A stretch of 63,451 nucleotides of DNA, filler included, from Octopus bimaculoides (taxonomy: Eukaryota), in the NCBI RefSeq assembly GCF_001194135.2. It is 6 parts of 6 records of this genome, joined end to end, with 100 filler letters (N's around TTAATTAATTAA, not from the genome) between each part and the next. Parts side by side here need not be neighbours in the genome. Positions count along the whole stretch, not along the records: positions 45,465 to 57,684 come from NC_068987.1; positions 57,785 to 61,705 come from NC_069003.1; positions 61,806 to 63,451 come from NW_026393820.1; 3 more parts are not named here. One strand, given 5' to 3'. Of the stretch, positions 51,791-63,451 are shown piece by piece. Numbering within the stretch: position 1 is the first letter of the stretch; each line of letters starts with the position of its first letter. The translations under genes and the position numbers were made by a program. Below the pieces are notes generated by a model, which had not been told where the DNA came from, ran no database searches, and saw only the letters and a program-made list of their open reading frames with translations.

Positions 51791-51900
51791 GAGACTTTAT
51801 GGAGCCTAGAATATTACCTGGGAAAATACCGAAATCCCGTGTTCTCGAAGCAAGATATGGAGACGCTTTACTTACATTTTCTATTCCTGTTCGTCTAAGC

Positions 51901-51975
51901 CAGTGGTTCCAAACCTTTTCACAGAGGTTCCCAACTCTTTTATTAAAATGAGTTTTCCCACTGACCCCTTTTAAT
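51901..51975 (+). mobile_element. Possible hAT/Charlie-type MITE 5' end
   Basis: CAGTGGTTCCAAACCTTTT is a typical hAT terminus; no partner end found. Confidence 0.35.
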
Positions 51976-53014
51976 ATGCTTATCCTTATGTATGTATGTA
52001 TGTATGTATGTATGTATGTATTATGTATATATACATCACGCTTCCTCCTTGACTCTCTCGTTGCTCACACGTGACCAACAGCCATCCATCTTTCTTTCTT
52101 CCACTTCCTTCCTAAAGACAAGACGTGCTTTTATCTGTCACTTCTAACAGCTCGTTTTTTCCAGCGTTCACAGCTTCACATCCACTTGGTTTAACAGCCC
52201 TCACCGTTTGTTTTTACTGTTTTGTTCTCACTGTCCTGCTTTTGCTACTACTGTAACCCTCCGCAAAAATCCCAAAAAATCCCAAAATCCCAAACTCCAT
52301 TTGACTGAAACTACCTGACTACAATTATCGAACAAATATGTGTGTATGTATGTTCTTGGGCATGCGAGTGTGTGTGGATCTGCCGAGATTTTTAAACGTG
52401 TGGGTATAATAGTAATATCTTTGTTGGAAATGGTCTGATCTCATGTCGTTACAGGTCTCTGAAGCACGGATTGTTTGCACAATGCATTAGTAAGCAATGT
52501 TCTTAGTTAAACAGTCGAGAGAATAGTTAAAGAACATTATAACAGCTGAAACAGTGCACCATTCAAAATGAATTACTGTTCTTTCACGATAAAAAGCAGT
52601 TTAAACGTAATAAAGTATAAATAAATGCAATAAAACATAAAATTTATGTCATTAGACTCGCTCGTGAGGAATGATTCCTCGGTGATTCTGGTCAATCAGG
52701 CAAAACGTCTATGATCGATTAAATTTTGGCAAAATGTTCAAGCACGTATGTATATTGCTATTGTGAAATGCTCAATAAAGATGATACAGTTCGAGACTAG
52801 GAGATGAGTGGTAATGAAAAATATTGAACTTACTGAATTCGCTGGATCTTCAACTTGGTGCCATGGGTTCATAATGAGACACGACCTAAGCGTGTAAGTA
52901 AAGACTGGGATTGGGGAAAAAAAAAAAAAAGATTGTGATTAAGTACAAAGTGAAAATCGCGGAACATTTGAGTTATGTGATCATTGAAGAGTAGGAAACA
53001 TTTTAATAATCAAG

Positions 53015-53237
53015 GTTAATAATGCGGCGAACGAGCAGAATCAATAGACAGAATCATAAAATGCTTAACAACATTTCGTCCGTCTTTACGTTCTGAGTTC
53101 AAATTCATCGAGGTTGCATTTCCCTTTCATCATTTCGAGATCGATAAAATAAGTGCCTCATGAGTACTGAGGTCGATGTGATCGTCTTAGCCACTCTCCC
53201 GAAATTTCTGGCCTTGTGCAAAATTTGAAACCAATAA
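53015..53237 (+). mobile_element. SINE family B
   Basis: GCGGCGAACGAGCAGAATC..CGTTCTGAGTTCAAATT..GGCCTTGTGCAAAATTTGAAACC. Confidence 0.85.
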
Positions 53238-53904
53238 TTACAGGTAATAAGTAATTTCGCTGAATTATCGCTAACATGCGATATGCTGCGAGACTAAAAC
53301 CTTTGAGAATAAACCGCTAAATTGTAACTGTAAAAATCATGAATGCAACAGAGTTCATTGGGTTGTAAACCTAGTCATTTTATTGCATTTGTCTGCTGTT
53401 TTCATTCTAGAAAACTCCTCCTGTTACAAATTTGTTACAGAAAATGTATATCATATGAAATTGTGTCGTTCAGTGTAATATTGTAATCGGGGAAAATAAA
53501 TAAATGCAAAATGGTAATCTGCTTATGGAATATAAAAAGTATGTTACGAATCACGTGCGTCTCAACACTTAAATAAATCAATATTACTACTGTGGGAGAT
53601 CAAATCCAATTTTATAAATCAGAATTATTAAATAAAAAAAAGAAAGACAATTAACAATTGAGCAAGTATTCATTCCCGCATCTTCACAGAGACCAGCAGT
53701 GGACGTTTCCGTAGACAAGACTGTTAAAAATTTACTAACCACCAAAAGACGTAGCATTACACATGCATCTCATGGGGTGAAGTCATCATCAGACGTTATA
53801 GGAGTACCAGTACTAGCCAAAGCATTTAAAATGTTTAACCCATAAAGGGCTGGGATTTGCACATGGACTGCTGAGCACATTTTATGAAAATGAGACTACC
53901 ATAC

Positions 53905-54299
53905 TCTTTACTCTTTTACTTGTTTCAGTCGCTTGACTGTGGCCATGCTGGAGCACCGCCTTTAGACGAGCAAATCGACCCCAGGACTTATTCTTTGTAA
54001 GCCTGGTACTTATTCTATCGGTCTATTTTGCCGAACCGCTAAGTTACGGGGAGGTAAGCACACCAGCATCGGTTGTCAAGCGATGTTAGGGGGACAAACA
54101 CAGACACACATATATATATATATATACATACATATATACGACGGGCTTCTTTCAGTTTCCGTCTACCACATCCACTCAAAATGCTTCGGTCGTCCCAAGG
54201 CTATAGTAGAAGACGCTTGCCCAAGATGCCACGCAGTGGGACTGAACCCGGAACCATGTGGTTGGTAAGCAGGCTACTTACCACATAGCCACTTCTACG
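53905..54299 (-). mobile_element. SINE family A (full length)
   Basis: Complete reverse complement from the tail CTCTTTACTCTTTTAC to the head. Confidence 0.93.
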
Positions 54300-54639
54300 C
54301 ATATGCAAACATAAGAAACAAAAAATAGTTAAAATATCTTCTTAGTATATAATGATGGCAAGTTTTACATCATCTGAAAAGTCATTAGTTCAACTATAAG
54401 TCCTCTGCATTCTGGAGGGTATCGGAGTGTTTGAGTGACGTTAAACCCTAACAAACGCCCATAAATTAAATGCATCTATTTGGGTCACGATCGTGGCCCG
54501 TCGCACTTGATATGTTAATCAGGAATATGTTTGGTAATACGAAACCCGCACATCTCTATAAAAGGATTGATAACCAGCGGAATTAAAAGAGGTTTATGGT
54601 AGAGTAGGTAAGAGAGAAAATCAATAATTCTTTGAACTA

Positions 54640-54840
54640 TTGGCGCAAGGACTAAAATGTTGTTATGGAAGGAATAAGCCAATTACATCAAGCTTAGTAC
54701 TTGACTGGAGCTTATTTCTTCAATCTTGAAATGGTGAAAGGCATAGTCGACCTCAGCCAAATTTGAACTCAAAATGTAATGAGGCAGAAGATAAGCTACT
54801 AACCATTTTTACCGATGTACTAACGATTCTGTTGGCTCAC
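54640..54840 (-). mobile_element. SINE family B, decayed
   Basis: GTCGACCTCAGCCAAATTTGAACTCA..CTAACGATTCTG. Confidence 0.7.
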
Positions 54841-54906
54841 TTAAAGAATTTGAACCAACTGTGACATTCTGGAGAAACATACCTCACATTAAATTCTGGA
54901 AAGTTT

Positions 54907-54975
54907 TCTTCTTCTTCTTCTTCTTCTTCTTCTTCTTCTTCTTCTTCTTCTTCTTCTTCTTCTTCTTCTTCTTCT

Positions 54976-55011
<36 letters not shown>

Positions 55012-55020
55012 TCTCTCTCG
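54907..55020. repeat. (TTC)n(CT)n
   Basis: Directly visible. Confidence 0.97.
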
Positions 55021-55956
55021 CTATCTCTTTCTTTCTCGTGTGCACCCGTTTTCTCCTTCTTTGTATAACTGGCTCAGGAGCACCATTTACCGCCTCAGAA
55101 TTTTGTGGACGACATCTGACTAAGGAGGTCGCCTGGACTTGACAATATCTCTATAATGTCTGCATGGACCGTTGATAGCAAGCACGCCCGAATGTGATAT
55201 ACTAAACTGTTTTGCACTTAATCAGATATTTTCCCGAACAAATCTTTGATAATATGTTCATAAAAGCTTAGAAAAAATAAATATCCAGCAAAACGACTGT
55301 TTCTATGCATAAACATTGAGAGAAAATAACAGATACATCACGTCTATTTATGCGAAAAACATACATTCAATAAAACATATACTTACATGACGATAGCAAA
55401 TGTAAACGTGGATATAGATACGTTTTCCAAAATATGATTAATTATAGGATGCGTCTTATTACATGTCGTATATTACGAGCCTTGAAACACAGTAAATAGA
55501 TTAGTAACCAGCGAAGATAATTGATGCAAGCCAGTCTAGATATGTTATTGAAACAAATATACGTAGGCGCTACAAAACAACTCTTGGTAATATATTTATC
55601 CGTTGATAGAAAAGATTAGGATGTGACCTCGGAAGAAAGCACTGAAATATTGAAATATTGAACGGCTCAATCATTTATCTTACCAGCAAAACAGACAACA
55701 GGAAACAATTTGTTTATATTTGCTTGAGGCTTTAGAATATATGCTAAAATGAAGGTTACTTTAATACAATTGAATTTATCAACATATGCTGCTCAACGAA
55801 ATAACAATTTAAACACACGTATACATACATTTACATGTACATAAATATACGTATGTGTATATACACACATACATATATTAGATTAAAGCAATACTTGTGA
55901 CGTTGTAGCTCCTCTCTCCAATTCTAAGTACTTCGTCACACAACAGATATCTCTTT

Positions 55957-56208
55957 TTCTCTTTTACTTGTTTCACTAATTTGACTGCGGCCATGCTGGA
56001 GTACCACATTTAGTCGAGCAAATCAACTCCAAGACTTATCCATAGTATTCTATCGGTCTCTTTCACTGAACCGCTAGTTACGGGGACGTACTTATTCTAT
56101 TGGTTCTTTCTTCTGAACCGCTAAGTTACGGGGACGTAAACACACCACCATCGGTTGTCAAGCGATGCTGAGGTGACAAACACAGACACACAAACATATA
56201 CACACACA

Positions 56209-56242
<34 letters not shown>

Positions 56243-56541
56243 NNNNNNNNNNNNNNNNNNNNNNNNNNNNNNNNNNNNNNNNNNNNNNNNNNNNNNNNNN
56301 NNNNNNNNNNNNNNNNNNNNNNNNNNNNNNNNNNNNNNNNNNNNNNNNNNNNNNNNNNNNNNNNNNNNNNNNATATATACGACGGGCTTCTTTCACTTTC
56401 CGTCTACCAAATCCACTCACAAGGCTTTGGTCGGCCCAAGGCTATAGTAGAAGACACTAGCCCAAGGTGCCACGCAGTAGGAATGAACCCGGAACCATGT
56501 GATTGGTAAGCAAGCTATTTACCACACAGCCACTCCTGCGC
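55957..56541 (-). mobile_element. SINE family A with an internal tandem duplication of about 48 bp and a gap
   Basis: TATTCTAT..CTGAACCGCTA(A)GTTACGGGGACGTA occurs twice at about 56046-56140. Confidence 0.9.
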
Positions 56542-57784
56542 CTTGATATAAACAATTTTAAAGCAAAACGCAATCAAATTTTCCTACTTTTCCATCCCAA
56601 ATCTTGCCATAATTACGAGAAATCCAACATCTTTACGACAGACACTAAGCGTATCGACCTTTTAAACACTACAGCTGTTCCAATGCTTTCTCATGACTCG
56701 TAAATTCAAGCGCTTAACTACAAACACTATTTACTAATGCATTATACTAGCAAAACATACTTTAATGAAGCGTATGAGATGAGATCGTTTCCAAAAAATA
56801 TATTACACTCATATTCACACATTTAAAATATCCCAAAACACAGTCGCGCGCGCACACGCACATATACGCACGCACACACATGCGCACGCACACATACAAC
56901 ACCGTACATACACAATTTTTTTTTCGATTATGGCAGGTAGTTCATTATAGTTTCAATCGTATATCTGTTGAATGTACTATGAAACGCTTCGGTGAGTAAA
57001 GATTGTGGGGTTGATATATATGTATATATGCTACAATTAATTAATTGAAACCGACTGACTTTCCTTCTGTTCCACATGTTTTTAAAGAGAAACACGTTCA
57101 CACATAAACAGAGAGAGAAAGGGAGAGAGAGTGAGAGAGAGAGGTGGGGACGGAAAGAGGCAGACACCATTAAAATGCATTAAATGACCCCCAACTGCTA
57201 CGAACACATCCCCTTTTCACATACGCATAAAGAAAACAAACACATTCAAATAGAGAAAGCGAAAATCGTGTTTGTAGTCATCATGAACGTTTAAAATATC
57301 CTGATGTTTCTCACTTTCTCCCTCTTTCTATATCTTTCTCTCTCTCCATCCCTCTCTTTTGTTCCTCTGTTTTTGTATTCACTGCGCCAAAATTCTTCAC
57401 TGTCAGTTCTACTTCGTCAAAGTTCTACAGAAATTCATTGCGAAAAAAAAAAAAATCTTTCTTTTCCACGTTTCATTCACTTGCCATCACATACAAGATT
57501 CACACCTACACTACTGAGTGAAATTTCTGTCCAATGATTACAAAAAAAGAGAGGAAAATAATGAAATTCCGTTTTAGTGATTTCTAGCAGCAACAAACCC
57601 GACCAAGGTTGCCTTTAACAGCTTTTACATTGATGCAGACATTCAGTAAGTGTGGTAAGAAGCTTGCTTACCAACAACACAGTTNNNNNNNNNNNNNNNN
57701 NNNNNNNNNNNNNNNNNNNNNNNNNNNNTTAATTAATTAANNNNNNNNNNNNNNNNNNNNNNNNNNNNNNNNNNNNNNNNNNNN

Positions 57785-57802
57785 CGTGTGCTCTTCCGAT
57801 CT
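57785..57802 (+). other. Illumina TruSeq adapter remnant
   Basis: CGTGTGCTCTTCCGATCT exactly at a contig start after a linker gap. Confidence 0.95.
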
Positions 57803-58397
57803 TCAATTTCCACCTTCACCCCCACCCCCTTTTCACATCTGGTTCTTTCTCTCTTCCATTTTCGTCAATATTGATTTTATCAGCTGGAAATTGATTTTGC
57901 ACATTGCAAAGATTAACAATATAACTCCTCTTTCGGCATGTAACCAATGCCTTTTCTTTCTTTCCTTCTTTCTTTCTTTCTTTCTCTTTTTTTTTTTTTT
58001 TTTTCACAAGCACATGCTTTTGTCTAAGAATTGATCCGGAGACTCACCACTGCCACACACCGTTTATCAATCGACAACAACACCAACAACAACATCAACA
58101 ACAATGACGACAAAGTCTACTTTAAAACATAGATCCATGTGCATACAGCAACAGTTCTTTAATAAGGAACCAATCGTTTAATAAAGACACAGTTCTTTTA
58201 TCGAAGGTACAATTTTGTAATAAGATTCTATTGTTTGTTAATACAGTGGTCAAATTGTATGACCTCTTGTTGTTGACCTTCTACCAAGAAACAATGACCG
58301 ACAGTAAAAGCCAATAAACGAAACAGTTCAAATATGGCAAAACTTCTGACAGAATTTTGGATTTATCTGAGAAAGGCAGTTAATGATTGGATACTCT

Positions 58398-59243
58398 GAT
58401 GATGGTGGTGGTGGTAGTAGTGGTGGTGGCTGTTGTGCTGGGTGTGGTGGTGATAGTGGTAGTGGTGGTTGTAGTGATNNNNNNNNNNGTAGTAGTGGTG
58501 GTGGCTGTTGTGCTGGGTGTGGTGGTGATAGTGGTAGTGGTGGTTGTAGTGATGATTATAGTAGTGGTCGCAGAGGTAATGGTGGAGGTGGTGGTGGTCA
58601 TGGTAGTGGTGATGGTATTGGCAGTAGTGGTGGTGGTGGTGGTAGTAGTCGTGGTGGTGGCAATGGCAGTAGCAGTGGTGATGGCAGTGGTGCCAACAGC
58701 ATGGTGGTGGTGTTGTTGCTGTTGCTGGTGGTGATGAAGGTGGCAGCAGTGTGGTGGTGGTGGTGGTGGTGGTGATGTGTCTANNNNNNNNNNNNNNNNN
58801 NNNNNNNNNNNNNNNNNNNNNNNNNNNNNNNNNNNNNNNNNNNNNNNNNNNNNNNNNNNNNNNNNNNNNNNNNNNNNNNNNNNNNNNNNNNNNNNNNNNN
58901 NNNNNNNNNNNNNNNNNNNNNNNNNNNNNNNNNNNNNNNNNNNNNNNNNNNNNNNNNNNNNNNNNNNNNNNNNNNNNNNNNNNNNNNNNNNNNNNNNNNN
59001 NNNNNNNNNNNNNNNNNNNNNNNNNNNNNNNNNNNNNNNNNNNNNNNNNNNNNNNNNNNNNNNNNNNNNNNNNNNNNNNNNNNNNNNNNNNNNNNNNNNN
59101 NNNNNNNNNNNNNNNNNNNNNNNNNNNNNNNNNNNNNNNNNNNNNAAGTGGTAGTAATGGTGGTGGCGGCAGTGGTGGTAGTAGTAGTGGTGGTGATGGT
59201 GGTGGTGGTAGTTGTTGTAGTAGTGTTGGTGACGATGATGGTA

Positions 59244-59286
<43 letters not shown>

Positions 59287-59345
59287 TATATATGTATGTA
59301 TGTATATCGGTGGTTCTTGTAGTTGTAGCAGTGGTGGTTGCAATG
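58398..59345. repeat. Degenerate (GGT/AGT)n trinucleotide tract with gaps
   Basis: Directly visible; 58414-58478 is duplicated at 58489-58553 across 10 N. Confidence 0.93.
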
Positions 59346-59769
59346 ACACACACACACACACACATCTCTATATTTTTAATTAATCATACCAGAAGCCTCT
59401 TGTTCCTGTTGTTGTTTTTGTTGTTGTTGTTGTATAGCTCACATGAACCCAATTTTAGAAATTAAGATATTCCAGCTTTGACCATCCTGTCTCTTTTTAG
59501 GAAGTATATTTTAGATAAGTCTCTCTGATATATCCATGCTACTCCTTTCAGGCTATTTTTTTAAAGACTATGTGTATGATTTGAGAGAGAGAGATATTTG
59601 ACTGCTATTTCTAGTGTGTCTACTGCAGCAGAAAACATTTGCTCCAGGAGTGCTGCACAGTGGAACTGAACCTGAAACCACATGGTTGTAAAGCATCCTA
59701 GCATGTGCTGCTACATTGATAGATAAAGATTGCCAGACCTAATTATGTCACAGTCTGCTGGGGAACTCA

Positions 59770-60044
59770 ACATAAAGATAAGGTACCTTCTCGAATCCTA
59801 CTGACTCATAGGGGCCAGTTTCCCGGTTTCATGATGTATAAATTCCCCCCCCTGGACAGGACCCCTGGACAGGACCCCTGTCCATTGCAGGATTGCTCAC
59901 ACTTGCCAGCTAAGTAGACTGGAGCAATGCGAAATGAAGTGTTTTGCTCAAGAACACAGTGTGTCACTCGGTCCGAGAATCAAAACCGCAATCTTAGAAT
60001 CATGAGTCCAACACCCTAACCACTAAGCCCCGGGCCTCCACATC
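59770..60044 (-). mobile_element. tRNA-derived SINE family D
   Basis: Minus head GTGGAGGCCCGGGGCTTAGTGGTTAGGGTGTTGGACTC..GGTTTTGATTCTC; core GTGTTCTTGAGCAAAACACTTCATTTCGCATTGCTCCAGTCTACTTAGCTGG. Confidence 0.8.
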
Positions 60045-60170
60045 CACTTTAAATGATTGACACTTCTTTACGGAGATGCCTTCATTCATACGCATCACAT
60101 GTCCAAACCAATGTTGTCTTCTCTCTTGCATTCTGTATTTGATTCCTCTTATGCCCAACTTTTCTCTCAC
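60045..60170 (-). mobile_element. RTE-clade LINE C-terminal fragment
   Basis: REKLGIRGIKYRMQERRQHWFGHVMRMNEGISVKKC matches the RTE motif RRLRWxGHVxRM. Confidence 0.85.
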
Positions 60171-60297
60171 CAATCTTACAATCACGAGTCCATCACCCTA
60201 ACCACTAAGCCACATGCCTCCACATCACTGCTTCTCAACCGTTTTTTGTCACCTATTGATTCTTTTGGTTTCTATTTTGTTGAGTCAAAGGTTTTGC

Positions 60298-60625
60298 AAT
60301 ATTTTGGTAACTCATTTTGGTAACTTTATTCAAGTTACACCAACAGCAGCTTAACATTCGAAGTGGAGGCCATTGTGTTGCACCAACTAAAGTCACTTTT
60401 TCTACCAGTTCTTTGATCCCATGCTGGCACCGGTTCTTGTTCTTCAAAATGAAGAACTTCTTCACTGAAACTTCCACCTCTTCTTGGTTGATGAAGCATT
60501 ACAATCAAGACCCCCTTCATGTAATAATCGAAGGGAGCCAGGACTGGACTATGTGCTGAGTGTAGCATCGGTTTGATTCCATCGAGTTTCTGAAGTTTAT
60601 TCCAGGTCATTCAAGTGGTGTGAGG
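60298..60625 (-). mobile_element. Mariner transposase 3' fragment
   Basis: HSAHSPVLAPFDYY (cf. HPxYSPDLAPSDY) and EVSVKKFF..KNKN..QHGIKEL in two frames. Confidence 0.85.
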
Positions 60626-60651
60626 TTTTGCCTTGTTTTGCTGTAGAAGAG

Positions 60652-61030
60652 TGGAGGCACAATGGCCCAGTGGTTAGGGCAGCGGACTCGCGGTCATAGG
60701 ATCGCGGTTTCGATTCCCAGACCGGGTGTTGTGAGTGTTTATTGAGCGAAAACACCTAAAGCTCCACGAGACTCTGGCAGGGGGATGGTGGCGAACCCTG
60801 CTGTACCCTTTCACCACAACTTTCTCTCACTCTTACTTCCTGTTTCTGTTGTGCCTGTAATTCAAAGGGCCAGCCTTGTCACACTGTGTCACGCTGAATA
60901 TCCCCGAGAACTACATTAAGGGTACACATGTCTGTGGAGTGCTCAGCCACTTGTGCGTTAATTTCACAAGCAGGCTGTTCCGTTGATCGGATCAACTGGA
61001 ACCCTCGACATCGTAAGCGACGGAGTGCCA
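60652..61030 (+). mobile_element. tRNA(Arg)-like SINE family C (full length)
   Basis: A box TGGCCCAGTGG, anticodon-like TCG, B box GGTTTCGATTCC, (CAA)n tail; homologous to 29421-29975. Confidence 0.93.
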
Positions 61031-61861
61031 TCAAACAACAACAACAGCTGTAGAAGAACTCACTTTCTGCTAACCAATGCTAGGTATTTCTGCCACACAA
61101 TGGCATACATAATGCACTACTGAGAATTGAACTCACAACCATGCACTCGTGAGCCTAATATGTTAACCACTAGGTCATGCTCCTTCACCAACTGAAATCT
61201 TATATAAACCTCGCTCACTGCTGCCAGCTGAAAGTATTTGGCCCGGTGCCTAGGGGCTACGGAAACTATTTTGGGTGGGAGAGTCGCACACTTTATTTAA
61301 TTATAAAATAAAGACTAATGCCTTCTTTAATTTATTTTATTTTCCTGTTTTCTTTTCGTTTTGTTTTTTTTTCTAATTCCATTCTTTGGATTATTCATCA
61401 ACAAATTTTGTTTTCTGCAAGAAAAATTCAGACATGTTGTTGAACTTCTTTTTTTTTTTTTTTAAATATCTTTAATTTCTTTAAATGTTAATGATTTTAA
61501 TTTAGCTTATTTTCTTTTTTGGTACACATTTATATATAACGATGTGTGTGTGTGTGTTTATTTTTTATATCTCTTAATGTTGCTTTTGGTTTCTGACTTT
61601 TTTTGGTGTTTTCTTTTATTTTTATTTATTTCTTTTGATAATTCTTTAATTCTGAAGTTAAGATTTTGACAAGAAATATCTTTTTCCTTTTATTTTTCCT
61701 TTTGTNNNNNNNNNNNNNNNNNNNNNNNNNNNNNNNNNNNNNNNNNNNNTTAATTAATTAANNNNNNNNNNNNNNNNNNNNNNNNNNNNNNNNNNNNNNN
61801 NNNNNTCCAGCATAGCCACAGTCAAATGACTGAAACAAATAAAAGAATAAAAGTAAATCAT

Positions 61862-62090
61862 ATTAATGGTTTGCAATTTAGGCACAAGACCAGTAATTTT
61901 GAGGGGAGTTAGTCGATATCATCGAACTCCATACTTGGCTGGTACTTCATTTTATTGACTTCGGAACGATGAAAGGCAAAGGAGACCTCGGCGGGATTTG
62001 AACTCAGAATGTGGACGGTCGTAACACAATACCACGAGACATTTTGTTCAGACGCTCTAATAATTCTGCCTATCCATCGCTCTCTGTAAT
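61862..62090 (-). mobile_element. SINE family B
   Basis: GGCACAAGACC..ATGAAAGGCAAA..GACCTCGGCGGGATTTGAACTCAGAA. Confidence 0.85.
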
Positions 62091-62206
62091 ACATGTTGGC
62101 ATCTTAGGCTAATATCCTTTTCTATGGCATTTGAGTCGCCCCCACTACTTTGTGAATGAAATTAGGTAGACGGGAACTGTATAGAAGGCATATCAACTCG
62201 CACGCT

Positions 62207-62245
<39 letters not shown>

Positions 62246-62824
62246 GCATGAGCATTCACGTATGTAGGTAGGAAAGATTTCGATTTTATGACCATGTATG
62301 TAGGTAGGAGACATTGCCAACCACAAGAAAAAACGACAATAGGTAAAAGGCAATAATAATTTCAATACAAGACAGATGGAAAACTAAATTCTACAAAATG
62401 TTTAATCGAACACCTTACTGAATCAGCACCATCTCCTACATCTCTGTGTTAGAATTAAGTGATATAGATGATAACTTACCCACAAGCCATGATATGATGC
62501 TGAAAAATGCTAGAAATAGTATGGCTGATATCAGTATTGCTGGAAGGCTGTTTGACTGTTTTTGTTTTTTCACTTTGTTTAGGAAAAGCTCGATCATTGT
62601 GTCATTACAGTAACGGCCTTCGTAATGAAACATGGAGCGGTATGTTGCTGCACAAAGTCAAAAAGAAAATATGAGGACAGTGAAAAAAGTGAAATTTATG
62701 TATAAAAGAAAAAGCTGGTAGACAGAAAAACACAGTGAGGTTTGTAACAGTAATAGAAGACAAAGTAGAAATTAAAATGAATGTGTTTTATACATATGAT
62801 ACCATAGGAGTACAATAAAATATA

Positions 62825-62825
62825 A

Positions 62826-62903
<78 letters not shown>
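62825..62903. repeat. (GT)n(TA)n
   Basis: Directly visible. Confidence 0.97.
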
Positions 62904-62906
<3 letters not shown>

Positions 62907-62909
62907 ACT

Positions 62910-63451
62910 CTTCGTTCTTTCGTCCCTCCTCTCTCACATTTCCTTGCCTTCTCCTCTTTCTCGCTTTCCCTCCTCTTTTCACTTCACTGTGTCCCTATCA
63001 TTTTTTCTCGCCCCTCCTTGATTCTTCTGTCCCTCTGCCTCTACCCTTCTCTCTTCTCTCCCCACGTGACCTGTGTTCGGCCAAGTCTGATATTTCTTTC
63101 TTGGTTCGGCCGTCGTCCGTGCAACATCTATATTCCTCCCTGTGCCTGTGAAATCTTGTATCCCTGCTGGAAGGCTTTATTTCCACATACGCCAGCTTAA
63201 TTTAATTCGTCCTTAGTCGAAAGACGCCTGTTGTTATGTCCTGTTATTTGTATTTGTGTAACATTCTCCGTTTTTTTCCCGTCCTTGTCTTCGTATACAT
63301 TCGCTGCTTTCTTTCAAGGAATCTAATGTTCTTAGCATAGTTTTTCCTTGAGGCTGGCCAGATTGGAGCAATCTCGAGTATAACTAGCCGAAATTGCAAA
63401 TATAATCTGGAACTTGACTGAGGAAAGAAAACTCCGAATGACCCGTCCTTG
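62910..63451. mobile_element. Probable interspersed retroelement segment, unclassified, running off the window end
   Basis: Higher GC and pyrimidine-rich composition distinct from the flanks; no diagnostic motif identified. Confidence 0.3.

Noticed and set aside
58363-59465. Long Gly/Ser-, His- or Thr-rich ORFs
   Set aside because: They are translations of GGT/AGT repeats running through N gaps.
60652-60730. tRNA-Arg gene
   Set aside because: It has A and B boxes but no proper acceptor stem and continues into a SINE body; it is a SINE head.
63418-63447. CTGAGGA..CGAA..GTC as a second hammerhead
   Set aside because: GAAA is GAAU, helix I does not pair and the window ends immediately after.

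Overview
AT-rich, microsatellite-dense eukaryotic draft-assembly sequence, most likely from an octopus or other coleoid cephalopod. This is an inference from the repeated tRNA-derived SINE families, which resemble described octopus SINEs. I find no complete, intact protein-coding gene, rRNA, true tRNA or CRISPR array. Most listed ORFs are microsatellite or N-gap artefacts. The window holds about 35 SINE copies from at least four modular families. It also has decayed LINE pieces (R4/Dong-like RT and 3' end, RTE, CR1/L2, a probable Tx1/L1-type 3' end), Penelope-like fragments, mariner/Tc1 remnants and a DINE-1/HINE-like element. Several coding-like islands best match decayed PIF/Harbinger (HARBI1-like) transposases, and one region looks like a peptide-type GPCR pseudogene. 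The most unusual signals are: (1) a full set of hammerhead-ribozyme core motifs at 6885-6943 in an order matching none of types I/II/III; (2) an 858-bp mariner built from two 5' ends, with a visible template-switch microhomology and a perfect RFX X-box in one terminal region; (3) a local cluster of Harbinger-like fossils, one with a 104-codon open frame. Technical artefacts include five N44-TTAATTAATTAA-N44 linkers, an Illumina adapter remnant and false duplications across 10-N gaps. All protein-family calls are by-eye motif matches against consensus recalled from memory and need HMM confirmation. Most coordinates for decayed elements are approximate.
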